Shown here piece by piece: positions 56,101-64,000 of a stretch of DNA of 64,000 nt; the stretch's first letter is position 1; every line of letters starts with the position of its first letter. The position numbers and the translations under genes are program-made. The notes under the pieces were generated by a model, which searched no databases, had not been told where the DNA came from, and worked only from the letters and a program-made list of their open reading frames with translations. This stretch comes from a virus. The DNA is taken from IMG/VR virus record IMGVR_UViG_3300010885_052266, positions 1-64,000 of that record. One strand, written 5' to 3'.

Positions 56101-59100
56101 TTGACGTTTTGGAGGTAGAGCTGCCGAACCCGCTCAGTCTCACCCTTGCGCCGTTGGGCAGGCCGTGCCCTGTCTTGGTGAATACTCCCGGGTTGGCCTG
56201 GGTGACCGACGCGATGGTCTGCTGGTTGACCTGCGTCATGCCGACGACTGCCGTGGCATCGAACACGGTGCCGTTTGCCAGCCCGTGCGCGTTTGACGTC
56301 ACGACCGGCGGGTTGGCCGCTGTGATCCCGGTGATGGTCTTGTTGATGACCGAGGTCACCTTGATGAACACATCGCCTCCGGTCTTGACCAACGAGCCAA
56401 TCCAGTAGCCGGTACCGGGCGTAGAGCCGATCGAGACCGTCGCGGTCTTGAACCTGTTGACATTCAGGCTGGCGCCGGTCGACGTTCCGGTCAGGGCGAC
56501 ATAGCCGACTTGTAGCTCGCCGCCGTACGTGCCTTGAGTCAGCTCTCCACCGTCCCACTGCATGATCTGCCCGGTGAAGATCGCCTCCCGGAAGTGAAAG
56601 CCCTTCGCGAGTTGTGCCGGGGCGTTGATGTAGTCAGACCCGCCCGTCAGGTGCATCAACACCCCGTCGGAAGCGGCAGGGAAGGCCGACCCGTACGTTG
56701 CTACGGCAAATATGGTCTTGAAGCGGCCGTTGTATTTATCCGGAGCTGCGGCCGTACCGGCGTTCGAAACGCTTATCGCGGTCCAGTCACGCACTGGCTG
56801 AACCGCATGATCACCGATTGTCGTGATGAGAAGACCGGTACCGTTGACGAAGCTCGTCCCGACGACGGCCATCAAGTCGATTTCCATGCCGGTCAGGCCG
56901 CGGCGAAAGGTCGCCCCTGCGTTCAAGGTCGCCTGGAGGTTGGCAGCGTAGATGTTGCCCCACCCGTAATTGTTATCTAAGCCAAAGCCTTCAGCAATCC
57001 CACCGGCGTTGTTCGACGCGTTGTGCGAGAATTTCCCGCCGATCATGCCGGTGGAGTCGTTGATCAGCTGGGTGTCGCCCATTTCCGATATCGACGCGTC
57101 GATCGCGGTGCGGCCGCCGTTGTACCCTGCGTTCAGGATGCCGGCGATATTCAGGTAATCGAGCGAACCGCCGGTCAGCAGCTTGGCTGTGTCGTCGAGA
57201 GACCCCATGCCGACATAGTAGCCGGAGGTCGTGCTGACGCCAGAATAGGACGACTTGAAAAACGCGAGAGGCGGCACTACCGACGCCGTCGAAGCTAAGG
57301 TGAGGGCCGGATAATGCGAGGTATATGTGGAGAAGCTCCGCGCCTTGACCCCCCCCTTTACGTCTACGTTGAGCGCCTCTGTGGTCGCAAGGTCCGGCCC
57401 AAAGTAGGCCATGTGCGGGTCAGCCAGCGTCCCCAGGTTGCGGCGCAGGTCCAGCATGGTTTCCCCCGCGCCGCTCTGGTTGTATATACTGGCCTGGAAT
57501 CTTTGGGAGAACTCCACGGAGACGGTGGCGCCGGTCAGCCCGCCGCCCGTGACCGGCTCAACGGCGAGACTGGTCGGCAGCACGCTATAGTTGCCCTGCA
57601 CGGTGATCGTCAGTGCCCCGGTCAGCGCTCCGTCGCTGATCGTGCCCGTGGCCTGGAACTTCGTGCCTGTGCCGGTCGTGCCGGTCACCGTCACGGCACC
57701 GTTCGACCCGCCAGAACCGCCCGATACGACAGTGGCCGAAATCACATTCGTAGTCGGCGGCGTCCGGATCTTCGCTTTGCGGGTAGACCCGGTGTACCAT
57801 TCGATGGCGCGGTCCGCCGTGCCGTCGCCGACCAGCTTCAGGGTCGATGACGTCCCGGAGGAGCGCCCGATCGCCAGGCTCCCCACGACCTCGGTTGCCC
57901 CGCCGCTGGTGTTCAGCGACAGCGTGTTGGCCGCGGCCCAGGTCGGGGTCAGCACGGCACCACTGCCTGAGCCGCCGCTGACCGTGATTGTGCCTGGCGC
58001 GGCCGCGGAGACGTCCGGGGCCAGCACGGACACGGTGAGCAGGCCGATGCCCAGCGAGACCGTTGTCCCGACCAGACTCCCGCCCGTGACAGGCTCGACG
58101 GCCGTGTTGGTCGGATTGACCGTGTAATTGCCCACCACCGTCACGGTCGGCACCAGGACCAGCGAGACCGTTGCCCCGGTCAGCCCGCCGCCCGTAACGG
58201 GCTCGACAGCGGCATTGGTCGGGGCAACGGTGTAGGCGCCCACCACCGCCACGATGAGCGCGCCGGTCAGCACCCCAGAGCCGTTGATCGTGCCCGTGGC
58301 CTGGAACCGGGTTCCTGTCCCGGTCGTTCCGGTCAGAGTCACCGCCCCTGGCGTGCCGCCGGTGCCGCCCGCCACCACTGCCGCGGACAGCACCTGGTTC
58401 CCACCCAACACCCCGCCGGCCGATATGATGCCCGTCGCTTGGAACTTCGTCCCGGTGCCGGTCGTGCCGGTCACGGTAACCGCCCCTGGCGTGCCGGAGC
58501 CGCCGCCGGCGACGATGCGCGCGTTCAACACCTTGGTATTGGTCACGCGATACTGCGACCGCACGCCCGAGGTCAGCTCGGCATAAAGGATGTCGCCCGG
58601 GTAGTAGTTCCCCACGCCAGCCGCGCCTGACCCGGCGGTTGAGACGGAAACCGCGCTGACCTTGGCGAGCGGGATATCAATCTCGATCCCGCCCGCGACC
58701 TGCTTGATGAACAGGTTGGCCGAGCGGAACTGGCCTGTCCCGTCGATCGAGGCGCCGGGGACATGGATGGAGTGGCCTGATTGCTGGGAGAAATTGACGT
58801 TGCCGAACGCCACGCCCCGGGTAGCAAGGGGCGGCGGCAGGATGGCGTTCAGGGTCGCCCCGTCGCCGTTGTTCGTCTGAAAATTAGCGGTGATGAGTTC
58901 GGCCGTGGCTGCCATGGCCCAGCGACGGTCCCGCGTCCCGAACGCGATGCCTTGCGCCCAGGTGGCGGTCGCTCCGACCCCGTCGACCGCAATGGCCTCG
59001 CCGTCGATCGCGAAGACGATGTTACTCCGGCTCGCGGCGGTCCGATGCGCGGCGAGCAGGGTGACCCCGATCCCTCGCGCGTCCCGCACGCTGGCGCCGG

Positions 59101-60457
59101 AGCGGATCGCCAGACCGGCCTCGCCCCAGGCGGCGACCTCCGCGTAGTTCGTCGCACCTGAGTTCAGCGTGATCTGAGGACGCAGGGTGTGCACCGATCC
59201 GGCCGCGCCAGTCGTAAGGTCCGTGCCTCCCTGGCTGTAGGACCAACTCGACGTGAACTTGCCGATCGCGTGCAGCATGTCGCCGCGCACACCAATGGCG
59301 CCGGCCTGGGTCAGGGCGACCCGGAACGGAACGCGCCCGCCCTTGGCTGATCCGCCGCCCACCGTGTGCCCCACGAGCAGGACGCCAGCCCCTGTCGCTG
59401 CGTCGGGCGTGATGTCGGCAGTATCGGCCGAGATGGCGAGCTGGTGCAGCGCGTCCGCTGTGGTCCCGGTATAGGTCGCCCCGGTTGTGTTCCAGGCCAT
59501 AGCGAGAGCGGACACGGCATGGACGCTGGACTTGCCGGTCAAGTCATAGGTGGCAGCGGGACTCTGATACGCGACGGCCGACAGGACGTTTCCGACCGTC
59601 ACCGTGCTGGGAGAGGCAGCGCCTGGCGTGTTAAGGCCGGTGTTCGGTTGCACGATGAGCGCCGAGACGGAACCGGACACCCCGACCCGCAGACGATACC
59701 CGTTGGGGACCCGCAGGGCCATCTCGCGACCCGCCGGCACGGTCAGGGCCACCCCGACGATCGAGGAGACGGTCTCGTTGGCGATCGTGAGCGGCGCGGT
59801 GCTTGAGTTGAGCAGCGTGGTGGTCCCACCCACCGAGAGGGTCGTGCCGATCGTCGCGGCGTTCGCGATGACCAGGCCCGTGCCAGACCCGTTGCCCGTG
59901 ATGGTCCCGGACGCGGTGATGGCCGCTGCCGTCGTGGTGCCCGCAATCGCCAGGGTCGAGGACAGCGACACGGGATGCGAGAACTGGATTGCCCCCGAGC
60001 CGCTGCGGGTAATCAAGACGGGGTTGGAGCTGGTCGCGCCAGGGGCAATCGAGAGCGTGTTTCCGGTCGTGCCGACCGTCACGCCGGAGTTGCTGGATAC
60101 CGTGCCGGAAGAGCCGGTCGTGCCTTTGATCGAGCCGATCAGGTTCCAGGCCCCGAGCGTCTTCTGGTAGACGTTCCCGGTCACGATATCGAGATTGTAG
60201 TCGTAGTCCGCCCCGGTATCGGCCGACGGGGCGCCCGACGAATGGAGCCACGTGGCCGAGGTCGCATCGATCACGCCGTCCGAACTGATCGAGACGTTGT
60301 GGCCGGGCCGCACGAGATGCGACCTGATCTGCGAAAGCGAGGCGCGCCGGCCCGTCGAGACGCCGCTGACCACCTGGATCAGCAGCGTCTGGTCGGTATT
60401 GGCCAGCGTCGAGGCGGCGTCCAGTGCGTCGAACTGGATCAGGGTCGTATCGGCCAC
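53153..60457 (-). CDS. Giant tail fibre / receptor-binding protein (2434 aa)
   Basis: Gly/Thr/Ala-rich modular repeats; C-terminal ALQAAATTHGLIG end typical of fibres. Confidence 0.85.
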   Translation of the reverse strand: MADTTLIQFDALDAASTLANTDQTLLIQVVSGVSTGRRASLSQIRSHLVRPGHNVSISSDGVIDATSATWLHSSGAPSADTGADYDYNLDIVTGNVYQKTLGAWNLIGSIKGTTGSSGTVSSNSGVTVGTTGNTLSIAPGATSSNPVLITRSGSGAIQFSHPVSLSSTLAIAGTTTAAAITASGTITGNGSGTGLVIANAATIGTTLSVGGTTTLLNSSTAPLTIANETVSSIVGVALTVPAGREMALRVPNGYRLRVGVSGSVSALIVQPNTGLNTPGAASPSTVTVGNVLSAVAYQSPAATYDLTGKSSVHAVSALAMAWNTTGATYTGTTADALHQLAISADTADITPDAATGAGVLLVGHTVGGGSAKGGRVPFRVALTQAGAIGVRGDMLHAIGKFTSSWSYSQGGTDLTTGAAGSVHTLRPQITLNSGATNYAEVAAWGEAGLAIRSGASVRDARGIGVTLLAAHRTAASRSNIVFAIDGEAIAVDGVGATATWAQGIAFGTRDRRWAMAATAELITANFQTNNGDGATLNAILPPPLATRGVAFGNVNFSQQSGHSIHVPGASIDGTGQFRSANLFIKQVAGGIEIDIPLAKVSAVSVSTAGSGAAGVGNYYPGDILYAELTSGVRSQYRVTNTKVLNARIVAGGGSGTPGAVTVTGTTGTGTKFQATGIISAGGVLGGNQVLSAAVVAGGTGGTPGAVTLTGTTGTGTRFQATGTINGSGVLTGALIVAVVGAYTVAPTNAAVEPVTGGGLTGATVSLVLVPTVTVVGNYTVNPTNTAVEPVTGGSLVGTTVSLGIGLLTVSVLAPDVSAAAPGTITVSGGSGSGAVLTPTWAAANTLSLNTSGGATEVVGSLAIGRSSGTSSTLKLVGDGTADRAIEWYTGSTRKAKIRTPPTTNVISATVVSGGSGGSNGAVTVTGTTGTGTKFQATGTISDGALTGALTITVQGNYSVLPTSLAVEPVTGGGLTGATVSVEFSQRFQASIYNQSGAGETMLDLRRNLGTLADPHMAYFGPDLATTEALNVDVKGGVKARSFSTYTSHYPALTLASTASVVPPLAFFKSSYSGVSTTSGYYVGMGSLDDTAKLLTGGSLDYLNIAGILNAGYNGGRTAIDASISEMGDTQLINDSTGMIGGKFSHNASNNAGGIAEGFGLDNNYGWGNIYAANLQATLNAGATFRRGLTGMEIDLMAVVGTSFVNGTGLLITTIGDHAVQPVRDWTAISVSNAGTAAAPDKYNGRFKTIFAVATYGSAFPAASDGVLMHLTGGSDYINAPAQLAKGFHFREAIFTGQIMQWDGGELTQGTYGGELQVGYVALTGTSTGASLNVNRFKTATVSIGSTPGTGYWIGSLVKTGGDVFIKVTSVINKTITGITAANPPVVTSNAHGLANGTVFDATAVVGMTQVNQQTIASVTQANPGVFTKTGHGLPNGARVRLSGFGSSTSKTSMYQLVGNPYYVVANRTNDTFTLTYPSGVAVDTTNFGTYTGGGTIKISYRVANATTNTFELQTAEGGTINASGWTAYVSGGTITTTIPDGVELFRSAWTASASTETNVATEALIRIGRSYGAGLTVNLTKSGVSVLAIQGSGGATTVGGTLGVTGSATAASLIVTGSTVPVNGMYLSSGNTVALAANTTQILTGTSTVIAVKPTTASTSSTTGALTVAGGLGVVGTVYAGSSLRSDGAVFAYYGTDNQVHFGSSSIEIGLTGRVGTSTPFIDFHSSASSPDYDARIVVSGGSATSGSAAMTITSSTLVLVGPSGSNGGLLTINTASNGTSGTAVANGIVIVDSANGSGWDTGNLWAKLEFNSLDVSTGGPGGRVRIGPVAESTLGGASRFSIFQAATANTFLEKWALTSAGRMLVGGVADDGVHMIQALGSIALNLNAATAPGNLSGTVFRATQADSANAYLLVDTFAGQGYLTFRKSLGTNAAPVGLGTGSILGSISGRGYDGSAYSGEQVRIALRTDEAWSGTAHGTAIVFSTTTLGTTTLVDRVVIDAAGITTFGASGNTITIAPNTSSSTAATITGAGTGGINFATAGGIQFQITNTASSVNYASLTGGATGSGVTISALGSDTNINLILNAKGSGVVAITPAVTGSAAFTATAFIPSSSTVPTNGMYLPAANTLGWAVNSAAEMQLTLSALSPAVSDGTALGTTSLMWADAFLASGAVINFNAGNYTLTHSAGLLTASGPVQVSGTAAGATIYSMRLINASLTASTAVAISLDPGNNGVNTRDALIRATNNGSNQITLDFLTSNAAPPVSALSISPNGVVTIGSSGNTVSITPNTTSGTAIAIAGGGTGGMTFAASGGVQLAVTNTASAVNYVAITGGATGNGVTVSALGANADVNLILDAKGTGIISALDHINLASGKVLQINGTQVVGAHDTGWAAMTGTTNKATVYDTATVTLAQLAGRVMALQAAATTHGLIGA

Positions 60458-60678
60458 GGCCTACTCCGAGACGGTCAGGGTGCTCATGGCCCGAAGGCGA
60501 ACATCCCCGGTCGCCGGCTCAAGGCTTCAACGCAGAAGGTGAGCGATCCAGATTGCCGGGGCGGGGTTGAAGGTCAGAAACATGCTGACGGTGACGCCAC
60601 CGAAAGCGGCCCAGTCCCTGACGCGCCGCCATGGCTTTTCGGCGTGGTATTCGGCGAATCGCCGCATCGCTCCCTCCA

Positions 60679-60942
60679 TCAATGCAACTGCGTCCAGACC
60701 CAGGCGGCGAAGGCTGCCGCGCCCCCCAACAGTGCGCTGCTGACTGCCCCGATGGCTCCCTTGGTCAGCACGCCGCCGATCCACCGCAAGGCGATCCCGC
60801 CCCAATTGAGCCAGGTCAGAAGGCATCGCAGCAGCCTGATGTCGTCGGTTGATAGCGTCCGGGAGGCCGGTGCCCCGCGATCCTGATTTTGTCGTCCATT
60901 GTTGTCGGTGCCCCTCAGCTGGTTGTCCTTATCGTCGCCCAT
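60679..60942 (-). CDS. Small membrane protein
   Basis: C-terminal hydrophobic helix. Confidence 0.45.
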   Translation of the reverse strand: MGDDKDNQLRGTDNNGRQNQDRGAPASRTLSTDDIRLLRCLLTWLNWGGIALRWIGGVLTKGAIGAVSSALLGGAAAFAAWVWTQLH

Positions 60943-60963
60943 TCCGTGCCCCGCCTGAACGCG

Positions 60964-61584
60964 CTAAGGCGTGGGCCAGATCACCGCGCCCACAATGGAA
61001 GAGATTTCATCGCCGTCGGTCGCTTGCGCAATTCGGAGCTTGGCCTCACGCCGGAGCGCCTTGATCTGGGCGCCCGCGCTGTGCCAGGCGGCCCGCGCGG
61101 CCAGGGTAGCCTCCGCTATCTCGCGGATCGATTTCTCACGCCCGACCGCGGCCTGGGCGGCCTGCTCAGCGACGAGCCAGGGATAGTCGGCAGGGTCGAG
61201 GGGATCGGCCGCGGCCAGGGCACGCTCCGCGTCCGCCGCGCTGGCCTCGTATTCCAGGGATTGGCCCGCGCCGGGAGTGAGCCAACGCTGCCGCGCTCTT
61301 TCGGCTTGGGTGTCGATGTCTCGCTCCGCGCGAGAACGGAGCACCGACAGGGTGGGATCGGCTCGCGGCGCGGGAATCAACTCACCTTCCACGAGCCGCC
61401 AATTGGTGGAGCCGTCGAGCCGGGCCGCCTGGGCCGCTAGCAGGGGGATCAGGTCCGGCTTACGTTCCCACCGGCCCGAGGCAGCGTCGGGCGACGTGTA
61501 CCCGATGTTCGTCAGCTGTCCGTCAGGCGCGACTCTGACGAAACAAACCTTTCCGTCGGCGCCGATATAGTCGGTCCAATCCAT
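60964..61584 (-). CDS. Tail assembly chaperone-like protein
   Basis: IDTQAERAR...PGAGQSLEY...YPWL.AE...IKALRREAK.RI. Confidence 0.65.
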   Translation of the reverse strand: MDWTDYIGADGKVCFVRVAPDGQLTNIGYTSPDAASGRWERKPDLIPLLAAQAARLDGSTNWRLVEGELIPAPRADPTLSVLRSRAERDIDTQAERARQRWLTPGAGQSLEYEASAADAERALAAADPLDPADYPWLVAEQAAQAAVGREKSIREIAEATLAARAAWHSAGAQIKALRREAKLRIAQATDGDEISSIVGAVIWPTP

Positions 61585-61781
61585 CACCGCTTGATCACCA
61601 TCCCGACCATATGTACTTCTTTGATGGTGGAATCCGCACTCGCTCCATCGTATTTCATTTGGACGTCGTAGTCATAAGTCCCAGCAGCGGGGAAATCTAT
61701 CTTGAACGAGCAAGAATCCGCTGCGACGTACGGGCCTAAGACAACCTGCCCATCAGACCGCAGCACTCTATAAACGATCAT
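61584..61781 (-). CDS. Small beta-rich ORF, possibly the detached C-terminus of the upstream tail protein
   Basis: YRVLR.DG...D.PAAGTYDY.VQ. Confidence 0.4.
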   Translation of the reverse strand: MIVYRVLRSDGQVVLGPYVAADSCSFKIDFPAAGTYDYDVQMKYDGASADSTIKEVHMVGMVIKR

Positions 61782-64000
61782 ACACCAGCCCCTCCTCCGT
61801 CGCCCTCTCCGCCACCGCCACCACCGTTGTTGCCGCCTTGCGCGACCGCTGAAACGCCATCCGTCACGGTGCGCACATCGATGCGCACCTTGGCATTTGC
61901 CGGAACCACCAGGCTCACGCTGGCATAGGTGACCCAGGACGCCGTCGGGGTGGTCGCCGTTCCCATGTAGTCCGTATCAGTTGCGGTGATGCTCTGCGTC
62001 TGGATCTCCGAAGTCCCAACCGCAAGATTGTCGATTTGCGCGCTCTTGATGACTGCCGTGCCGATCTGGGCGCTGTTTGCCAGGATGAAGTTGGCCGCGA
62101 GATGGGTTGCCGAGATCGCGGCGGCGCTGATCTCTGTCGCCCGAACGGCACCGGCCGCGATCTTGCCGAACGTCACCGCGTTGGCGGCGATTTCGCCCGC
62201 CGTGATCGACAAGGCAGCGATCTTGCCGGCGGTGATGGCACCAGCCGCAATCTCCGAAGCCGTGATAGCGCCGGCCGCAATCTTGGCCGTGGTAATGGCC
62301 CCGGCGTTGATCTCGGCCGTGGTGACCGCGTTGGCCGCGATTTCGTTGGCCGTGACAGCGTCCGCCGCGATCTTGGCGGTGGTGATGGAGCCGGCGCTGA
62401 TCGCCGTGGCCGTGACAGCGTTGGCCGCGATCTCGCCTGCCGTGATGGACCCGGCGGCGATCTTGGCGGTGGTGATCGATCCGGCTGCCAGCTCGGCGGC
62501 CGTGATCGACAGGGCGGCGATCTTGCCAGCCGTCACCGACCCGGCGGCCAACTCGTTGGCCGTGACCGCGCCGGCCGCCAGTTTAGCGGTGGTGATGGCC
62601 CCTGCGGCTATTTCGCCTGCCGTGATAGCGCCGGCGGCGATTTTGGCGGTGATGATCGATCCCGCTGCCAGCTCGGTGGCCGTGATCGATAGTGCGGCGA
62701 TCTTGCCGGCCGTGACCGATCCGGCGGCCAACTCGTTGGCCGTGACCGCGCCGGCCGCCAGTTTAGCGGTGGTGATGGCCCCTGCGGCTATTTCGCCTGC
62801 GGTGATGGCGCCGGCAACGATTTTGGCGGTGGTGATCGATCCGGCTGCCAGCTCGGTGGCCGTGATCGAAAGGGCGGAGATCTTGCCGGCTGTGATCGCC
62901 CCGGCCGCTATTTCGTTGGCGGTGACCGCGCCGGCTGCCAGTTTGGCGGTGGTGATGGCCCCAGCCGCGATCTCACCCGCCGTGACGGAATTGGCCGCCA
63001 GTTTTGCCGTGGTGATCGATCCGGCTGCCAGCTCGGCGGCCGTGATCGAAAGGGCGGCGATCTTGCCGGCTGTGATCGCCCCGGCCGCTATTTCGTTGGC
63101 CGTGACCGCGCCGACTGCCAGTTTGGCAGTAGAGATCGAGTTGTCCGTGATCTGGGTTGAAGTTATCTGCCCGGTGATCTTGGTCGCGGCTATTGCTGCG
63201 ATCTGGGCATTGCTGATCTGGCCGGATATTTTCGCCGCCGCGAGGTCCGCAATCTGCGCGTCGGTGAGCTGCCCGGTGATCTTGGTAGAAGCGATCGCGG
63301 CCAACTGTGCGTCGGTGAGCTGCCCCGAGACCTTTGCCGCCGCGATTGCCTGGATCTGGGCATCGGTCAGTTGGCCGGTGATCTTGGTAGAAGCGATCGC
63401 GGCCAACTGTGCGTCGGTGAGCTGGCCAGATATCTTCGCCGCGGCGAGGTCGGCGATCTGGGCGTCGGTCAGTTGCCCAGTGATCTTCGTCGCAGCGATC
63501 GCGGCCAGCTGCGCGTCGGTGAGTTGCCCCGAGACTTTGGCGGCCGCGATCGCGGCCAACTGTGCGTCGGTGAGCTGGCCGGAAATCTTCGCCGCGGCGA
63601 GGTCGGCGATCTGGGCGTCGGTGAGCTGCCCGGTCACCTTCGACGCTGCCACACCCACGATCTGGGCGTTGTTGACCTGCCCCGTGATCTCGCCGAGGTT
63701 GATCAACTCGACCCATACCCCGGCTCGGTACTGGTAGAGCTTGTTGTCCACCGTGTTGAAGGAAACGGCGTCCTCGACTCCCGGCTCGGAAGTCCCCGTC
63801 ATCAGCAAGACAGGCTTGATCGATGCAGCGAATTTCGCGGTGTTGATGATCCCGTCGGCCAGATCGTCGGTGATCAGCAGCGTCGTGGTGGCGGAAACCG
63901 GGCCGGCGAAGGCCCCGGCGACTACCGGGGTGCCAAGCGCGATCCCCCGGACCCAGTAGAACCAGGTGCTGTTCGGCACGAGGACGGCGCTGTCCGCATC
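61778..64000 (-). CDS. Tail tip / host-specificity protein (5' end outside the window) with 17 aa and 10 aa tandem repeats
   Basis: FN3-like WFYWVRG; repeats KISGQLTDAQLAAIAAA and ITAGEIAAGA/ITTAKLAAGA. Confidence 0.8.
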   Translation of the reverse strand, partial: DADSAVLVPNSTWFYWVRGIALGTPVVAGAFAGPVSATTTLLITDDLADGIINTAKFAASIKPVLLMTGTSEPGVEDAVSFNTVDNKLYQYRAGVWVELINLGEITGQVNNAQIVGVAASKVTGQLTDAQIADLAAAKISGQLTDAQLAAIAAAKVSGQLTDAQLAAIAATKITGQLTDAQIADLAAAKISGQLTDAQLAAIASTKITGQLTDAQIQAIAAAKVSGQLTDAQLAAIASTKITGQLTDAQIADLAAAKISGQISNAQIAAIAATKITGQITSTQITDNSISTAKLAVGAVTANEIAAGAITAGKIAALSITAAELAAGSITTAKLAANSVTAGEIAAGAITTAKLAAGAVTANEIAAGAITAGKISALSITATELAAGSITTAKIVAGAITAGEIAAGAITTAKLAAGAVTANELAAGSVTAGKIAALSITATELAAGSIITAKIAAGAITAGEIAAGAITTAKLAAGAVTANELAAGSVTAGKIAALSITAAELAAGSITTAKIAAGSITAGEIAANAVTATAISAGSITTAKIAADAVTANEIAANAVTTAEINAGAITTAKIAAGAITASEIAAGAITAGKIAALSITAGEIAANAVTFGKIAAGAVRATEISAAAISATHLAANFILANSAQIGTAVIKSAQIDNLAVGTSEIQTQSITATDTDYMGTATTPTASWVTYASVSLVVPANAKVRIDVRTVTDGVSAVAQGGNNGGGGGGEGDGGGAGV

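Noticed and set aside
61986-63737. 583 aa plus-strand ORF
   Set aside because: Antisense shadow of the repetitive tail gene.
53153-64000. Diversity-generating retroelement or invertible tail fibre switch
   Set aside because: No reverse transcriptase, invertase or adenine-specific TR/VR pair is seen in the window.

Overview
This is a 64 kb piece of a GC-rich tailed dsDNA phage genome. The host is probably alphaproteobacterial, inferred from the SSB, MarR and GcrA-like proteins. No integrase, portal or capsid gene is visible in the window. Layout: (1) 0-15 kb, mostly minus strand: terminase large subunit, a degenerate second terminase ATPase, probable small terminase, DUF1643, ASCH, Ndk, MT-A70 methylase and many small ORFs. 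(2) 15-21 kb, plus strand: beta-clamp-like gene, duplicated structured non-coding elements, a tRNA-like element, BRO/antirepressor, HTH and VRR-NUC genes. (3) 22-24.4 kb: replication initiator with internal iterons, plus a loader-like gene. (4) 24.7-40 kb: a co-oriented array of about 30 short accessory genes. (5) 40-52 kb: ERF, SSB, DUF2303, exonuclease-like and lysis genes. (6) 52-64 kb, minus strand: tail fibre and tail genes. The standout feature is a structured motif, GAAA-[hairpin]-TH-[hairpin]-NTGA(GGA)-ATG. It sits at nearly every gene boundary of the 25-40 kb array (29 copies), with 7 more copies at 16.3-18.1 kb. Its stems covary, and its fixed bases follow the order of the hammerhead ribozyme core, with a whole gene where stem II would be. 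Two closed three-way-junction versions (15114, 15527) occlude ribosome-binding sites, and a 2H-phosphoesterase-like gene heads the array. Function is inferred, not shown: it could be self- or protein-guided mRNA cleavage into single-gene units, or cassette shuffling. All protein calls come from motif recognition by eye, with no database search.
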